Positions 47,022 to 56,748 of a stretch of 64,000 bases of DNA are shown here, piece after piece (position 1 is the first letter of the stretch; every line of letters starts with the position of its first letter). The DNA is from an uncultured delta proteobacterium (GTDB taxonomy: Bacteria; Desulfobacterota; Syntrophorhabdia; Syntrophorhabdales; WCHB1-27): assembly GCA_963810935.1 (NCBI GenBank), contig CAWEPK010000017.1:128001-192000 (forward strand). Direction: 5' to 3'. A program made the translations under genes and the position numbers. The notes beneath the pieces were generated by a model. It was given only the letters and a program-made list of their open reading frames with translations, was not told the DNA's origin and did not search any database.

Positions 47022-48467
47022 ATGCACCAGAGCCACACCTATAACCTGGTCTATAAAAACTCCGCGGTACTCACGTTCCTGAGGCTCGTCGAGCCTGGCT
47101 TAGCCATGGTGGTGATAGTGGCGGTGTCGAGGGTGATGGGGACCGAGGTGATGGGGGGTTACGCCTTTATCGTCACCTTCATCTCCATGTTCAGCGTTGT
47201 CGGCCAGATGGGGCTGCAAGCCCTGCTCACGCGGGAAGTGGCGGCAGACAGGGACAAGTCGTCCTCTTATCTTTCGGCGGCGCTGCTCCTCGGCCTCGGC
47301 AGCTCTATCGTCCTCGCCGTTGCAATGAACGGCCTCAAAGGCTATTTCCACCTATCCCCTTCCGTCAGCCGCGGCGTCTTCCTGATGAGCCTCAACCTAT
47401 TCCCCATCTTCGTCATTGCGACGTTCGAGGCCGTTTTCATGGGCTGGGAGCGGACCGACTACATCCTTTTCCAGAACGTGTCCGGCAACGTCCTTAGGGT
47501 GGCGCTCTCCCTTCTTTTCATCCACCTGGGCTTCGGCCTCGTCTCCCTCGTCGTCGCCATCGTCATCTCGACACTCTACTCGGCCGGGGTCTGCGCATTC
47601 ACGTACGCGAGGCGCCTCGGGGCCTTGAGCCTCAAGGTGGACACGGGCGTCGCCATGCGCCTCCTCAAGGCGTCTCCGACCTTTCTCCTCATTACGGTAG
47701 TCGCCATACTCTCCGCACGCCTCGACGTGCTCATCCTGACGAAGCTGACGGACATGACCCAGGTTGCGCTGTACGCTGCCGCCTACAAGCTGTTCGAGGC
47801 GACGCTGATCGTCCCGCAGTCGTATATGAAGGCAAGCTTCCCGTACCTTTCCGCGCTCTTCCGGTCAACGCCGGAGGCCCTAAGCCGGACGAACCGCGAC
47901 ATGCTGAAACACGTCCTCCTCTACGTCTTCCCCACTGCGGCTGCGACGGTCGCCCTGGCGCCCCTTCTGGTCTCGGTCCTTTACGGAGGCAAGTTCGCTT
48001 CTTCGGCGACGCTCCTGCGCATACTCGCGATAGGCCTCATACCCTGGACAATGGGCAGGACGACGGCCAACATACTGCTTGCCGTCAACCTCCAGAAATA
48101 CGACCTCCTGTGCGGGGCCTTCGCCGCCCTTACGAGCATCGCCCTCAACCTCTGGATGATACCGCTATACGGGGCGACGGGCGCCGCCTTTTCGAGCGCC
48201 GCAGCCTGGTCGGTCTTCTTCCTCTGCGAATTATATTTTGCCGGGCGGGCGGGCTATCGCATAGCCGTGGCCGGCGCTTTAGGCCGTCCGGTCCTCGTGG
48301 GGGCCGGGGTCTTCGCGGTCGCGTGGATCGGCACGCTCGGATGGGGCTATGCAGCCTGCGAGTCAGCGTGCCTCGCCGCCGCTGCCCTGCTCTACCTCAA
48401 AGACAACACGCACAGGCAAAAGCTCGCAAAACCCGTCAATCTGTTTATCCAGATATTAAAGGCGTAG
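47022..48467 (+). CDS. wzx: Wzx flippase (PST family)
   Basis: Many TMs; MGLQALLTREVA, RLDVLIL, LYAAAYK, LNLWMIPLYGATGAA. Confidence 0.88.
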   Translation: MHQSHTYNLVYKNSAVLTFLRLVEPGLAMVVIVAVSRVMGTEVMGGYAFIVTFISMFSVVGQMGLQALLTREVAADRDKSSSYLSAALLLGLGSSIVLAVAMNGLKGYFHLSPSVSRGVFLMSLNLFPIFVIATFEAVFMGWERTDYILFQNVSGNVLRVALSLLFIHLGFGLVSLVVAIVISTLYSAGVCAFTYARRLGALSLKVDTGVAMRLLKASPTFLLITVVAILSARLDVLILTKLTDMTQVALYAAAYKLFEATLIVPQSYMKASFPYLSALFRSTPEALSRTNRDMLKHVLLYVFPTAAATVALAPLLVSVLYGGKFASSATLLRILAIGLIPWTMGRTTANILLAVNLQKYDLLCGAFAALTSIALNLWMIPLYGATGAAFSSAAAWSVFFLCELYFAGRAGYRIAVAGALGRPVLVGAGVFAVAWIGTLGWGYAACESACLAAAALLYLKDNTHRQKLAKPVNLFIQILKA

Positions 48468-48473
48468 CATTCC

Positions 48474-49706
48474 GTGAAGCTCGCTTACCTCAGCAACTAC
48501 TTCCCTTCCCTTACCGAGACCTTCATCTACCGCGAGGTCATCGAGCTTGCCCGCCGCGGCATCCCCGTCTCCATTTATTCCCTGCGCAAGCCGCCGCCCT
48601 CCTCGATCTCGCAGGAGTCCCGCGCACTGTCCGATGCCGCCTTCTACCTGCTGCCCGTTCCTTTACGCACGCTCGTCGCAAGCCATGCCCGGCTCTTCCT
48701 GCGCCACCCGCTCAGGTATACATCCACCCTTTTCAAGATGCTCGCCGGCAAACACGCCCGCGCCAGGGACCGCCTTCGCAGCCTCATGCATTTCGGCGAG
48801 GGCGCACCGCTGGCGGAAAAGATGCTCCGCGACGGGGTCGGCCACATACACGCGCATTTCGCCTCTCAATCCGCTTCCGTCGCCAGGGTGGTCCACCTCC
48901 TGACCCGCATCCCGTACAGCTTCACGGGGCACGCGCACGACATCTGGCAGGACCGCCTCCTGATGCCCGAAAAACTGGCCGAGGCGGCTTTTGTCGTCAC
49001 GTGCTCGGACAATGCCAGGCGCTCGCTCCTGGCCGATGCGCCGCGCGACGCGCAACCGAAAGTGCACCTCGTCTACCACGGCCTCGATGTGGACAACTTC
49101 CCCCACTGCAATGGGGACGGACGGGAGAAAAACCTTATCCTCTCCATAGGCCGCCTCACACAGACAAAGGGCTTCCCCGACCTTATAGCTGCCTGCGGCC
49201 TCCTTGCGGCCGGGGGCTTGCCTTTCCGGTGCGTGATCGTCGGGGAGGGAGAGGAGCGGCCGCGCCTCGAAGCCATGATCGACCAAAGCAATCTCTCCGG
49301 CAAGGTGAGTCTCGCGGGCGCCTTGCGACAGGAAGAGATACGCGCGTACTACAGGCGGGCCTGGGTCTTCGCTCTGCCCTGCGTTGACGCCCCCGACGGA
49401 AACCGCGACGGCATCCCGAACGTGCTCATGGAGGCCATGGCGAGCGGGGTGCCTGTAATCGCGACCGCAAATTCGGGACAGGCCGAGCTTATCAGGCACG
49501 GCACGGACGGCCTGCTCGTACCCGTCCATTCGCCGGACCGGCTCGCAGAAGCCATCGCAGCCGTCTGCTCCGGCGGCGGCTTGAGGGAGGCGCTTGCCGC
49601 ATCCGCAAGGAAGCGCATCCTGGATGATTTCGACAACAGGATAACGATAGAACCGCTGGTTGCGCTCCTACGACGCTTCGTCTTCGACGGACGAATAAAG
49701 GTTTAG
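48474..49706 (+). CDS. Glycosyltransferase family 4 (WcaL-like)
   Basis: FPSLTETFI, HAHFA, FTGHAHDI, GRL..KG, DGIPNVLMEAMASG. Confidence 0.9.
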   Translation: MKLAYLSNYFPSLTETFIYREVIELARRGIPVSIYSLRKPPPSSISQESRALSDAAFYLLPVPLRTLVASHARLFLRHPLRYTSTLFKMLAGKHARARDRLRSLMHFGEGAPLAEKMLRDGVGHIHAHFASQSASVARVVHLLTRIPYSFTGHAHDIWQDRLLMPEKLAEAAFVVTCSDNARRSLLADAPRDAQPKVHLVYHGLDVDNFPHCNGDGREKNLILSIGRLTQTKGFPDLIAACGLLAAGGLPFRCVIVGEGEERPRLEAMIDQSNLSGKVSLAGALRQEEIRAYYRRAWVFALPCVDAPDGNRDGIPNVLMEAMASGVPVIATANSGQAELIRHGTDGLLVPVHSPDRLAEAIAAVCSGGGLREALAASARKRILDDFDNRITIEPLVALLRRFVFDGRIKV

Positions 49707-49746
49707 ATGGTAATGTAATTCAAGCCGGGAACAGTAAGACGCAGAT

Positions 49747-49779
49747 AAAAAAACAGGGGGCCTTTTCAGGCCCCCTGTT
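49747..49779. terminator. Terminator between the convergent EPS cluster and porin gene
   Basis: AACAGGGGGCC/GGCCCCCTGTT stem; the A run on the left gives a U tract on the minus strand. Confidence 0.8.
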
Positions 49780-49810
49780 GTGTTGCAAGTGTTGCTGTCA
49801 GGCTCGCCTC

Positions 49811-51229
49811 TTAGAAGAAATAGAAGAGGGCTACCCTTGCCTGCTGTACGGAACCGACGTTGCTCAGAGGGACGCCATTGTAGCCGGTCATCTGGCCGTT
49901 GGCCGGTGCAGCGTTGCCGCCGTTGTTCAGGCCGTACTGGTCGAAGTTGGTCTTTATGTACGTATACTCGAAGGCCACCCTGACCGCCGGGTTCACGTCA
50001 TAGAAGAGGTTCCCGATATACTGCTGGTTAATCCTGATCTGGTTCGGGAACTGTCTCTGGTAAGCCTGGCTGACATAGTTATCCAGAATGCCGTATATGC
50101 CGTTGAAATAAAGCTTATCCGTGAAATAGTAGCTGATCTGGCCCCAGCCGCCGGCCGATACGGGCACTGCATAGTTTATAGGCGTAGTCGTTGAAGCAAG
50201 GCCGCCAATGTTCCCCTGGTTGTAGGAGATGAGGGAGCCGATGTTCCTGGCGCCGAGGAGCCAGTTGGAGAGGTTCTGGCCCGAAAAAACCTGGCCCGAC
50301 ACTGACAGAGCGCCGGCCTTGTTCAGGTTCTTCTCGGGAATGATGGGTATGTAGCCCTTGAAAACAGCCATCCACCTGTTAACGTTGCCAGTGGCGTAGG
50401 TGTTCTTCGATGTGGGATCCAGATAGATGACCTTGTCCTGCCCCCACATGCCGCCGACGCCGAACTGCAGGGCATTTACGCCGATCTTACCGCAGGCATC
50501 CGACTTGAAGCCGATCTCGCCTGTCACGTCGGGGATCTCGCTGGTCACCCTGACGGTCGCGGTATTCTGACCGACGGTGGTGTTTTGCGGGCCCTGGGCT
50601 GCGCCCAAGTTCGCGGAACCGCCTATCTGGTCCTTCATGTTGTACGGCTCCTGGATGCCGAACGAGGCATAGAAGCTCTTTGAGAAGTTCTGGATCAACG
50701 TGATCTGCGGGACGGTGTTGCCGCGGCCCGAGAGCAGCAGGTCATAGAGGCCTATGAAGTTGTAGGTAGGCAGGAAGCCCCACGACTGCCAGTTCTGGCC
50801 GACGATCAACTTCGTGTTCGCCCATGTGAAGTCCGCATACGCATGGGTCAGAGTGAATGTGCCGTACCTCGTGCCAGAGTAACCGTTGTTGTTCGTCTGG
50901 CCGACGAAGTTCCCCTGGATAAAAGCTGTGGTCTTGGCGCCCCACGTATCCGGGCCTTTGACCAGGAAGTTCAGCGCCGTCTGGCCGGTGGCCATGGCGA
51001 AGCTGCCGCCTTTGTTAGAGGCATTCTGGCTGCCCGTATTGTTGTTGCGGTCTGCGAAATACTCTTCGAGACCCGCCGGCGACGGGCCTGCCGCCTGGCT
51101 CGTGTAACCCGCATCCACCTTTACGTAGCCGCCGATGGTCAGGTCCCATCTGCTCGTCGCGCTTCCGGCGAAGCTGATGGCAGGAACTGCCAAAAGTAAA
51201 ACGAGAAAAAACAGTAACGCTTTCTTCAT
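49811..51229 (-). CDS. Outer-membrane porin (DcaP-like beta-barrel)
   Basis: Signal peptide; IGGYVKVD, LTHAY, LIVGQNW; alternating strands; C-terminal aromatic FYFF. Confidence 0.8.
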   Translation of the reverse strand: MKKALLFFLVLLLAVPAISFAGSATSRWDLTIGGYVKVDAGYTSQAAGPSPAGLEEYFADRNNNTGSQNASNKGGSFAMATGQTALNFLVKGPDTWGAKTTAFIQGNFVGQTNNNGYSGTRYGTFTLTHAYADFTWANTKLIVGQNWQSWGFLPTYNFIGLYDLLLSGRGNTVPQITLIQNFSKSFYASFGIQEPYNMKDQIGGSANLGAAQGPQNTTVGQNTATVRVTSEIPDVTGEIGFKSDACGKIGVNALQFGVGGMWGQDKVIYLDPTSKNTYATGNVNRWMAVFKGYIPIIPEKNLNKAGALSVSGQVFSGQNLSNWLLGARNIGSLISYNQGNIGGLASTTTPINYAVPVSAGGWGQISYYFTDKLYFNGIYGILDNYVSQAYQRQFPNQIRINQQYIGNLFYDVNPAVRVAFEYTYIKTNFDQYGLNNGGNAAPANGQMTGYNGVPLSNVGSVQQARVALFYFF

Positions 51230-51304
51230 GCTTCCCTCCTTGTCGATTGTTGTGAAACCTGTGCCTCCGCCAAAAAATAAGCCTCCTTTTCTTAACGGTT
51301 TTTA

Positions 51305-51334
51305 ATCTTACCGAGCATGTAAACCCCTTGTCAA
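51305..51334 (-). promoter_or_regulatory. Sigma70-type promoter of the porin gene
   Basis: Minus strand TTGACA-N18-TAAGAT. Confidence 0.55.
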
Positions 51335-51443
51335 GAAAAAACGTTAAAAATTCTTAATCAGACTTAAAGTTTTTTAAGGCGCCTGAGGGCCGCTCTGCCG
51401 GGGGCTCCCCTCCGACAAGGCCAAGGTGAAGGCGGGCAGGGCC

Positions 51444-53636
51444 CTATTTACCCGGTGCCGGGCGTGTAAGCAGGCTCTTGGCCGGCTCGCTGCCGGCTGC
51501 TGCGGCCTGTCTCAGGTCATTAAGCATGCGGACCCCGTCGCCAAGGCATTTATAAGCCATCGCCCGGTTATAATAGGCGTCTGCGTATTGCGGGTCGATC
51601 TCGACGGCGCGATCGAAATCGGACACGGCCCGGGCGCAGTCGCCTGCCCCGCCGTAGGCCGCGCCCCTGCTGCCGTAAACATGGGCGTCCCCCGGATCGA
51701 TCTCCAGGGCACGGCCATAATCGCCGATGGCCCCCTTATAATCACCCGCAAGGGCACGGACGAGTCCTCTATTATAGTAGGCCTTCGCGAATTGAGGGTT
51801 AAGCGAGACGGCGGCGGCGAGGTCTTCCATCGCCCCTTTGTAATCGCCCATCGCGCCACGGATAATGCCGCGATTGTTGTATGCGTCCTCGTATTGCGGG
51901 TTAATCCTGATAGCCTCGGTGAAATCGGCCATCGCCCGCGGGTAGTCGCCGAGGGCGTTATAGACCACCCCCCTGTTATACAATGGGTCGGCGTATGCCG
52001 GGCTTATCTGTGCCGCCTTGTCGAAATCCTTCAGGGCGCGTTGGTAATCACCGCGTTTGCTGTATGCGCTGCCCCGATTGTTGAGGATCAGGCCGCTGGG
52101 GGCGGTGACGGCAAGGGCATGGTTATATACTGTTATATCATCCTTCCAGTACCCGACCTGCACCCACGTCGCGGCGAAGAAGCACACCAGGACCCCCGCG
52201 GACGCCGCGGTCAGGGCCTGTTTCCGCCATCGCCACGTTTTGAGAGCGTCCGGCGCACCCCATGCGACGATAATGAACAGTCCGACCAGGGGTATATATG
52301 TGAACCTGTCCGCCCTCGCCTGCAAGCCTGCCTGCACTATACCGATCACAGGCACAAGCGTCCCGCAGTACCAGAACCATCCCGAAGGCAGGTAAGGCCA
52401 TTTACGGCCTGCCCACATTACCGCAGCCGTTATAGCGACAAAGAGCAGCACGGCCGGGACAACGTAGTAAGCAGGCCATGACCCTGGGTGAGGGTAGAGG
52501 ATGGCAAGACCGCTCGGCCAGAACATTTTGCCTATATAGACCGCATAGGAGATAAAACTATTGGCAAGGCGTGCGGAGAGCGACAATACGTCGAGCGATT
52601 CGACCGCCCCTCCCTTCTGCTGGGCGACGTAAGTAATAATAGATGAAACCAGGGCTATCGCGAAAAGAGGGACTTTTTCACGGAGCAAGGGGATTACACG
52701 CGCCGGTCGAAAAGAATAACCGGCCCATGCTTCATGAGGCGGCTCGGTCTGCGGTGCAGCCCGACCGGCAGGTTTCCCTTTTTCCTTCCTATCCTTAGCG
52801 CTTTTGGGCTGCCGCTGCGGCATATCGACGGCCGGCCCTTCAGGGCGGAAGCGGCCCAACGGCCAGTAGTCGAGCAGGAGCAGGGCGAAGGGCAAGGTTA
52901 CGAGCATCGGTTTCGACATAAGGCCCAGCGTAAAACAGGCGAGAAGGGCGAGGTACCTCGCGAGCCGGGGGCCTTCGACGTAGCGGGCGTAAGCCCAGAT
53001 CGTGAGGAACCAGAAAAAAGTGGAGAGCACGTCTTTGCGCTCCGCCACCCAGGCGACGGACTCCACGTGGAGAGGGTGGAGGCCGAACAGGGCCGCCACG
53101 AACGCGCTTTGCCAGAACCCCTTCGTCATCCGCAACAGGACAAGAAAGAGCAGCACGGTATTGGCTATGTGGAGCAGTAGATTTGTGAGGTGATGCCATC
53201 CCGGGTTGAGGCCGAAGAGCTGGACGTCGAGCATGTGGGATATCCACGTAAGTGGATTCCAGTACATCCACGTCAGGGAGCGCCAATCCGCCCCGTAGCC
53301 GATCCTGAAAGCCCATCGCAGGCCCTCCGACGTAAGGCCGTTCCGGATATGGCTATTCCCGGTGACGTAGGACGGATCGTCCAGGTTGATAAAATCGCAA
53401 AAAAAGACCTGCCAGAGCGCGCACGCCACGACAACAGCCAGAAGAAGGCAGACCAGTATCGTCCGTTTCTTTCCCGGCGCGCCCGGCTCCACGGTCAACT
53501 TTTTCGCTCCCCGGCGTGTTTTCGCGCTCACGAAGCCCTGCTTATCGCCGCCCCCCGGGGCGGCTAATCGAAAGTCCGCAATCTTACAAACGGGGCTCGA
53601 CGTTGTCAAGCGGTTCTTGAATAATAAGGTTTTCAT
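51444..53636 (-). CDS. TMTC-like GT-C membrane protein with C-terminal TPR repeats (start uncertain)
   Basis: FINLDD, WNPLTWIS, HPLHVESVAWVAERKD, SKPM, ADRFTYIP; repeated AYNNRG TPR units. Confidence 0.85.
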   Translation of the reverse strand: MKTLLFKNRLTTSSPVCKIADFRLAAPGGGDKQGFVSAKTRRGAKKLTVEPGAPGKKRTILVCLLLAVVVACALWQVFFCDFINLDDPSYVTGNSHIRNGLTSEGLRWAFRIGYGADWRSLTWMYWNPLTWISHMLDVQLFGLNPGWHHLTNLLLHIANTVLLFLVLLRMTKGFWQSAFVAALFGLHPLHVESVAWVAERKDVLSTFFWFLTIWAYARYVEGPRLARYLALLACFTLGLMSKPMLVTLPFALLLLDYWPLGRFRPEGPAVDMPQRQPKSAKDRKEKGKPAGRAAPQTEPPHEAWAGYSFRPARVIPLLREKVPLFAIALVSSIITYVAQQKGGAVESLDVLSLSARLANSFISYAVYIGKMFWPSGLAILYPHPGSWPAYYVVPAVLLFVAITAAVMWAGRKWPYLPSGWFWYCGTLVPVIGIVQAGLQARADRFTYIPLVGLFIIVAWGAPDALKTWRWRKQALTAASAGVLVCFFAATWVQVGYWKDDITVYNHALAVTAPSGLILNNRGSAYSKRGDYQRALKDFDKAAQISPAYADPLYNRGVVYNALGDYPRAMADFTEAIRINPQYEDAYNNRGIIRGAMGDYKGAMEDLAAAVSLNPQFAKAYYNRGLVRALAGDYKGAIGDYGRALEIDPGDAHVYGSRGAAYGGAGDCARAVSDFDRAVEIDPQYADAYYNRAMAYKCLGDGVRMLNDLRQAAAAGSEPAKSLLTRPAPGK

Positions 53637-53665
53637 TTACTTGTCAAAGTGCTAATATAGGCCGC

Positions 53666-54376
53666 GTGGTGCTCTCCATTGTAATACCCGTATATAATGA
53701 AGCCTCGACCATCGGCGATATTTGCGAGAAGATACGCAGCGTTCAACTGTCCGCCTCGATAGGAAAGGAGGTCATCATAGTCGATGACGGCTCTACCGAC
53801 GGGACCGAAGAGGCGGTCATCCGGTACACGGAGAGGCACAGCGATTTCCGCGCCGCGTATTTGAGGCATAGCGTAAACAAAGGCAAGGGCGCGGCGATCC
53901 GGACAGGCATAAATAGCGCTTCAGGGGACTTCCTGCTGATACAGGACGCGGACCTGGAATACGACCCCCGGGAGTACGACCTCCTGCTGAAACCTGCCCT
54001 CGAAGGTTTCGCCGATGTCGTTTACGGTTCGCGTTTCGTGGGCGGGAACCCTCATCGTGTCCTTTTCTTTTCGCATACGATAGGCAACCGGCTCCTCACT
54101 TTCTTCTCAAACCTCTTCACGGGGTTGAACCTCACGGACATGGAGACTTGTTATAAGCTTTTCCGGACGGACATAATAAAATCGATCCCCTTAAAGGAAA
54201 ATCGTTTCGGCTTCGAGCCCGAAGTGACTGCAAAGATTGCAAGAATCCCGAATATACGTATCTACGAAGTCGGCATTTCTTATCACGGGAGGACGTACCG
54301 GGAGGGTAAAAAGATCAACTGGAAAGACGGCTTCAAGGCAATTTATTGCATCGTGAAATATAATCTTTTCAGATGA
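53666..54376 (+). CDS. GT2 polyprenol-phosphate glycosyltransferase (DPM1-like)
   Basis: IPVYNE, VDDGSTDGT, QDADLEYDP, VYGSRF, DMETCYK, FGFEPE. Confidence 0.9.
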   Translation: MVLSIVIPVYNEASTIGDICEKIRSVQLSASIGKEVIIVDDGSTDGTEEAVIRYTERHSDFRAAYLRHSVNKGKGAAIRTGINSASGDFLLIQDADLEYDPREYDLLLKPALEGFADVVYGSRFVGGNPHRVLFFSHTIGNRLLTFFSNLFTGLNLTDMETCYKLFRTDIIKSIPLKENRFGFEPEVTAKIARIPNIRIYEVGISYHGRTYREGKKINWKDGFKAIYCIVKYNLFR

Positions 54377-54518
54377 TCCGGATTATCCGGACCCACCCCG
54401 GAAGCAGCGGAGTCATCCGCCCGGCAGCGGTTTTCCCGCGACGACGCACCGGTTGATATACAAGTTGACTTTCCATGTGTTGGGCTGCGCGGCAAGCCCG
54501 GTCGGGATATGACGTGGT

Positions 54519-54539
54519 ATATTGTTGTTACCACAATAT
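54519..54539. promoter_or_regulatory. Palindromic operator candidate upstream of the lactate permease
   Basis: ATATTGT-N7-ACAATAT, with TTGACA at 54564-54569 just downstream. Confidence 0.45.
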
Positions 54540-54831
54540 TACCTCATCTATTGTCGAATTTTGTTGACAGAATCAGCCCAATTGTTAAAAATAGAGTGTA
54601 AATAAACCAAAGATGCGTTTGCTTTGAGGGCCGCTGGGAGCTTGGGCCCCGCGCCTGCTCTCAGGAATTGTTGGGTTACGGGGGCGAAAAAGGAGGTGGG
54701 CTGTCGGCAGGATTGACCGGACAGAAGCATAGTTTCAAGGTTTCGCGCGAATAACGGCGAAGCCCGTCTCAAGCCCACGAACGACACGTGGCAAATGCGG
54801 TACAAGCGAAAAAGGAGGAGGAGGAGAAAAA

Positions 54832-56655
54832 ATGTACCACCAGAACTACAACCCTCTGGGTAATGTACTGCTCTCTACTATTGCGGCGGCAATTCCGATT
54901 CTGGTCCTTCTTTACTTCATAGCGCTCCATCCCCACAGGGATAAGACAGGCGTGAAGCACCTGGGCATAAGCGCCCCATATGCGGCCTTCTACGGCGTGA
55001 TAGCGGCATTCGTTGTATCCTGCGTGGTCTTTGCCATGCCCTTCAAGTCTGCTATCTCGGCGTTCGCCTATGGGTCTCTCTCGGGCTTCCTGGGGATCAT
55101 ATGGATCGTTCTGGCAGCCATGTTCCTTTACACGATGACGGTCATAACGGGCAAGTTTGAGATCGTCAAGGAATCGATCATCCATATCTCGTTCGACCGG
55201 CGCTTGCAGGTGCTGCTCATCGCGTTCTCCTTCGGCGCCATCATCGAGGGCACGTCAGGCTTCGGCACGCCCGTCGCCATCGCCGGCGCGGTCATGGTGG
55301 GCCTCGGGTTCGCGCCCTTCGAGGCGTGCGTGCTCAACCTGATTGCCAACACGGCGCCGGTCGCCTTCGGCGCTATCGGCACACCCATCGTCACGCTCGC
55401 GCAGGTCAGCGGCCTCGACCAGTTGACCCTGTCGTCGATGGCCGGGCGGCAGCTTCCCTTCGTCTCTGTTATCGTGCCCTTCTGGCTCGTGGCTACCTTT
55501 GTATTCATGCACAAGGGCAAATGGAAAGATGTCTGGGAGGTCTGGCCTGCCACGCTCTGCTCCGGCCTTTCCTTCGCCCTCATGCAGTTTGCGGCGTCGC
55601 AGACGAACGCATTCCACCTGATGACGGACGTCGTCGCGGGCGTCTTCTCGGTTGTCTGCACCGCCCTCTTCCTGCGCTTCGTCTGGCGTCCGAAGACGCG
55701 CTTCCTCCTTGCCGGGGAAAAAGACGTTGAAGTCCCCGCGGCCGCTGCTCCGGGCGCGAAAAAGACCCCGGTGAAGGCGCCGGTCGGCGAGTGGAAGTAT
55801 CCTTACACCATCGGCCAGACGGCATATGCCTGGGTACCTTGGGGCATCCTCATCTGCTGCTGCGCCGTCTGGGGTATGCCGGCCTGGAAGGCGTACCTCG
55901 ATCAGCTTCTAAACGGCATAAAGATCCAGACGACTTTCCTCGGCTCGACCTTCGCCGGGACGCTCTCTCTGCCTAAATGGAGCATGCCCGCGCTCCATCA
56001 GATGGTCCAGAGGATGCCGCCGGTAGCTCCTATCAACGCGAAGCCGGAAGGCGCCATATTCGCGATCAACTGGCTGTCCGCCGCAGGCACGGGCGTTTTC
56101 GTGGCGGCGCTTTTGACGGGTATCACCCTCGGTCTTGGCGGCAAACAGTGGGGCGAGGCCATAGCCCGGACCTTCAGGCGTATGAAGATCCCCGTACTGG
56201 TTATCGGGCAGGTGCTCGGCCTCGGATACCTTACCCGTTACGCCGGGACAGACGCTGTACTCGGCCTTGCCTTTACGGGGGCCGGCGTCCTTTACCCGTT
56301 CTTCTCGCCCTTTCTCGGCTGGCTGGGCGTCTTTTTGACCGGCTCGGACACGGCGGCGAACGCCCTGTTCGGCAGCCTCCAGAGGATTACGGCGCAGCAG
56401 TTGCACCTGAACGAGGTACTGATCGTGGCGTCGAACTCGACGGGCGGCGTCATGGGCAAGATGATCGACGCCCAGTCCATTATGGTCGCCTGCGCGGCCT
56501 GCTACGAAGACCCGTACGAGCGCAGCCATGCGCTCGGGCCTATCTTCAGGAAGGTCTTCTGGCACTCCATTGCGCTGGCTGCCATCATGGGCATTATAGT
56601 GATATTGCAGGCATACGTCTTCCCGTGGATGATACCCAGTCTGCCTCCGAAGTGA
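54832..56655 (+). CDS. lctP: L-lactate/glycolate permease
   Basis: DRRLQVLLIAFSFG..EG..GFGTP, NTAPVAFGAIGTP, LTGSDT..NALFG, GGVMGKMI. Confidence 0.92.
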   Translation: MYHQNYNPLGNVLLSTIAAAIPILVLLYFIALHPHRDKTGVKHLGISAPYAAFYGVIAAFVVSCVVFAMPFKSAISAFAYGSLSGFLGIIWIVLAAMFLYTMTVITGKFEIVKESIIHISFDRRLQVLLIAFSFGAIIEGTSGFGTPVAIAGAVMVGLGFAPFEACVLNLIANTAPVAFGAIGTPIVTLAQVSGLDQLTLSSMAGRQLPFVSVIVPFWLVATFVFMHKGKWKDVWEVWPATLCSGLSFALMQFAASQTNAFHLMTDVVAGVFSVVCTALFLRFVWRPKTRFLLAGEKDVEVPAAAAPGAKKTPVKAPVGEWKYPYTIGQTAYAWVPWGILICCCAVWGMPAWKAYLDQLLNGIKIQTTFLGSTFAGTLSLPKWSMPALHQMVQRMPPVAPINAKPEGAIFAINWLSAAGTGVFVAALLTGITLGLGGKQWGEAIARTFRRMKIPVLVIGQVLGLGYLTRYAGTDAVLGLAFTGAGVLYPFFSPFLGWLGVFLTGSDTAANALFGSLQRITAQQLHLNEVLIVASNSTGGVMGKMIDAQSIMVACAACYEDPYERSHALGPIFRKVFWHSIALAAIMGIIVILQAYVFPWMIPSLPPK

Positions 56656-56748
56656 GTCTGACTGTATAGCAAGCAATGAAGGGGAGGAAGGGCTTGCAGC
56701 AATGCCCGACTTCCCCTTCTTAATTCTTACCTGAAGGAGGCTTGAGGC

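Noticed and set aside
48110..49387. Long alternative-frame and antisense ORFs (this one, also 39925-40953, 28533-29513, 36449-37393)
   Set aside because: Arg/Pro/Ala-rich shadows of well-supported genes, as expected in GC-rich DNA.
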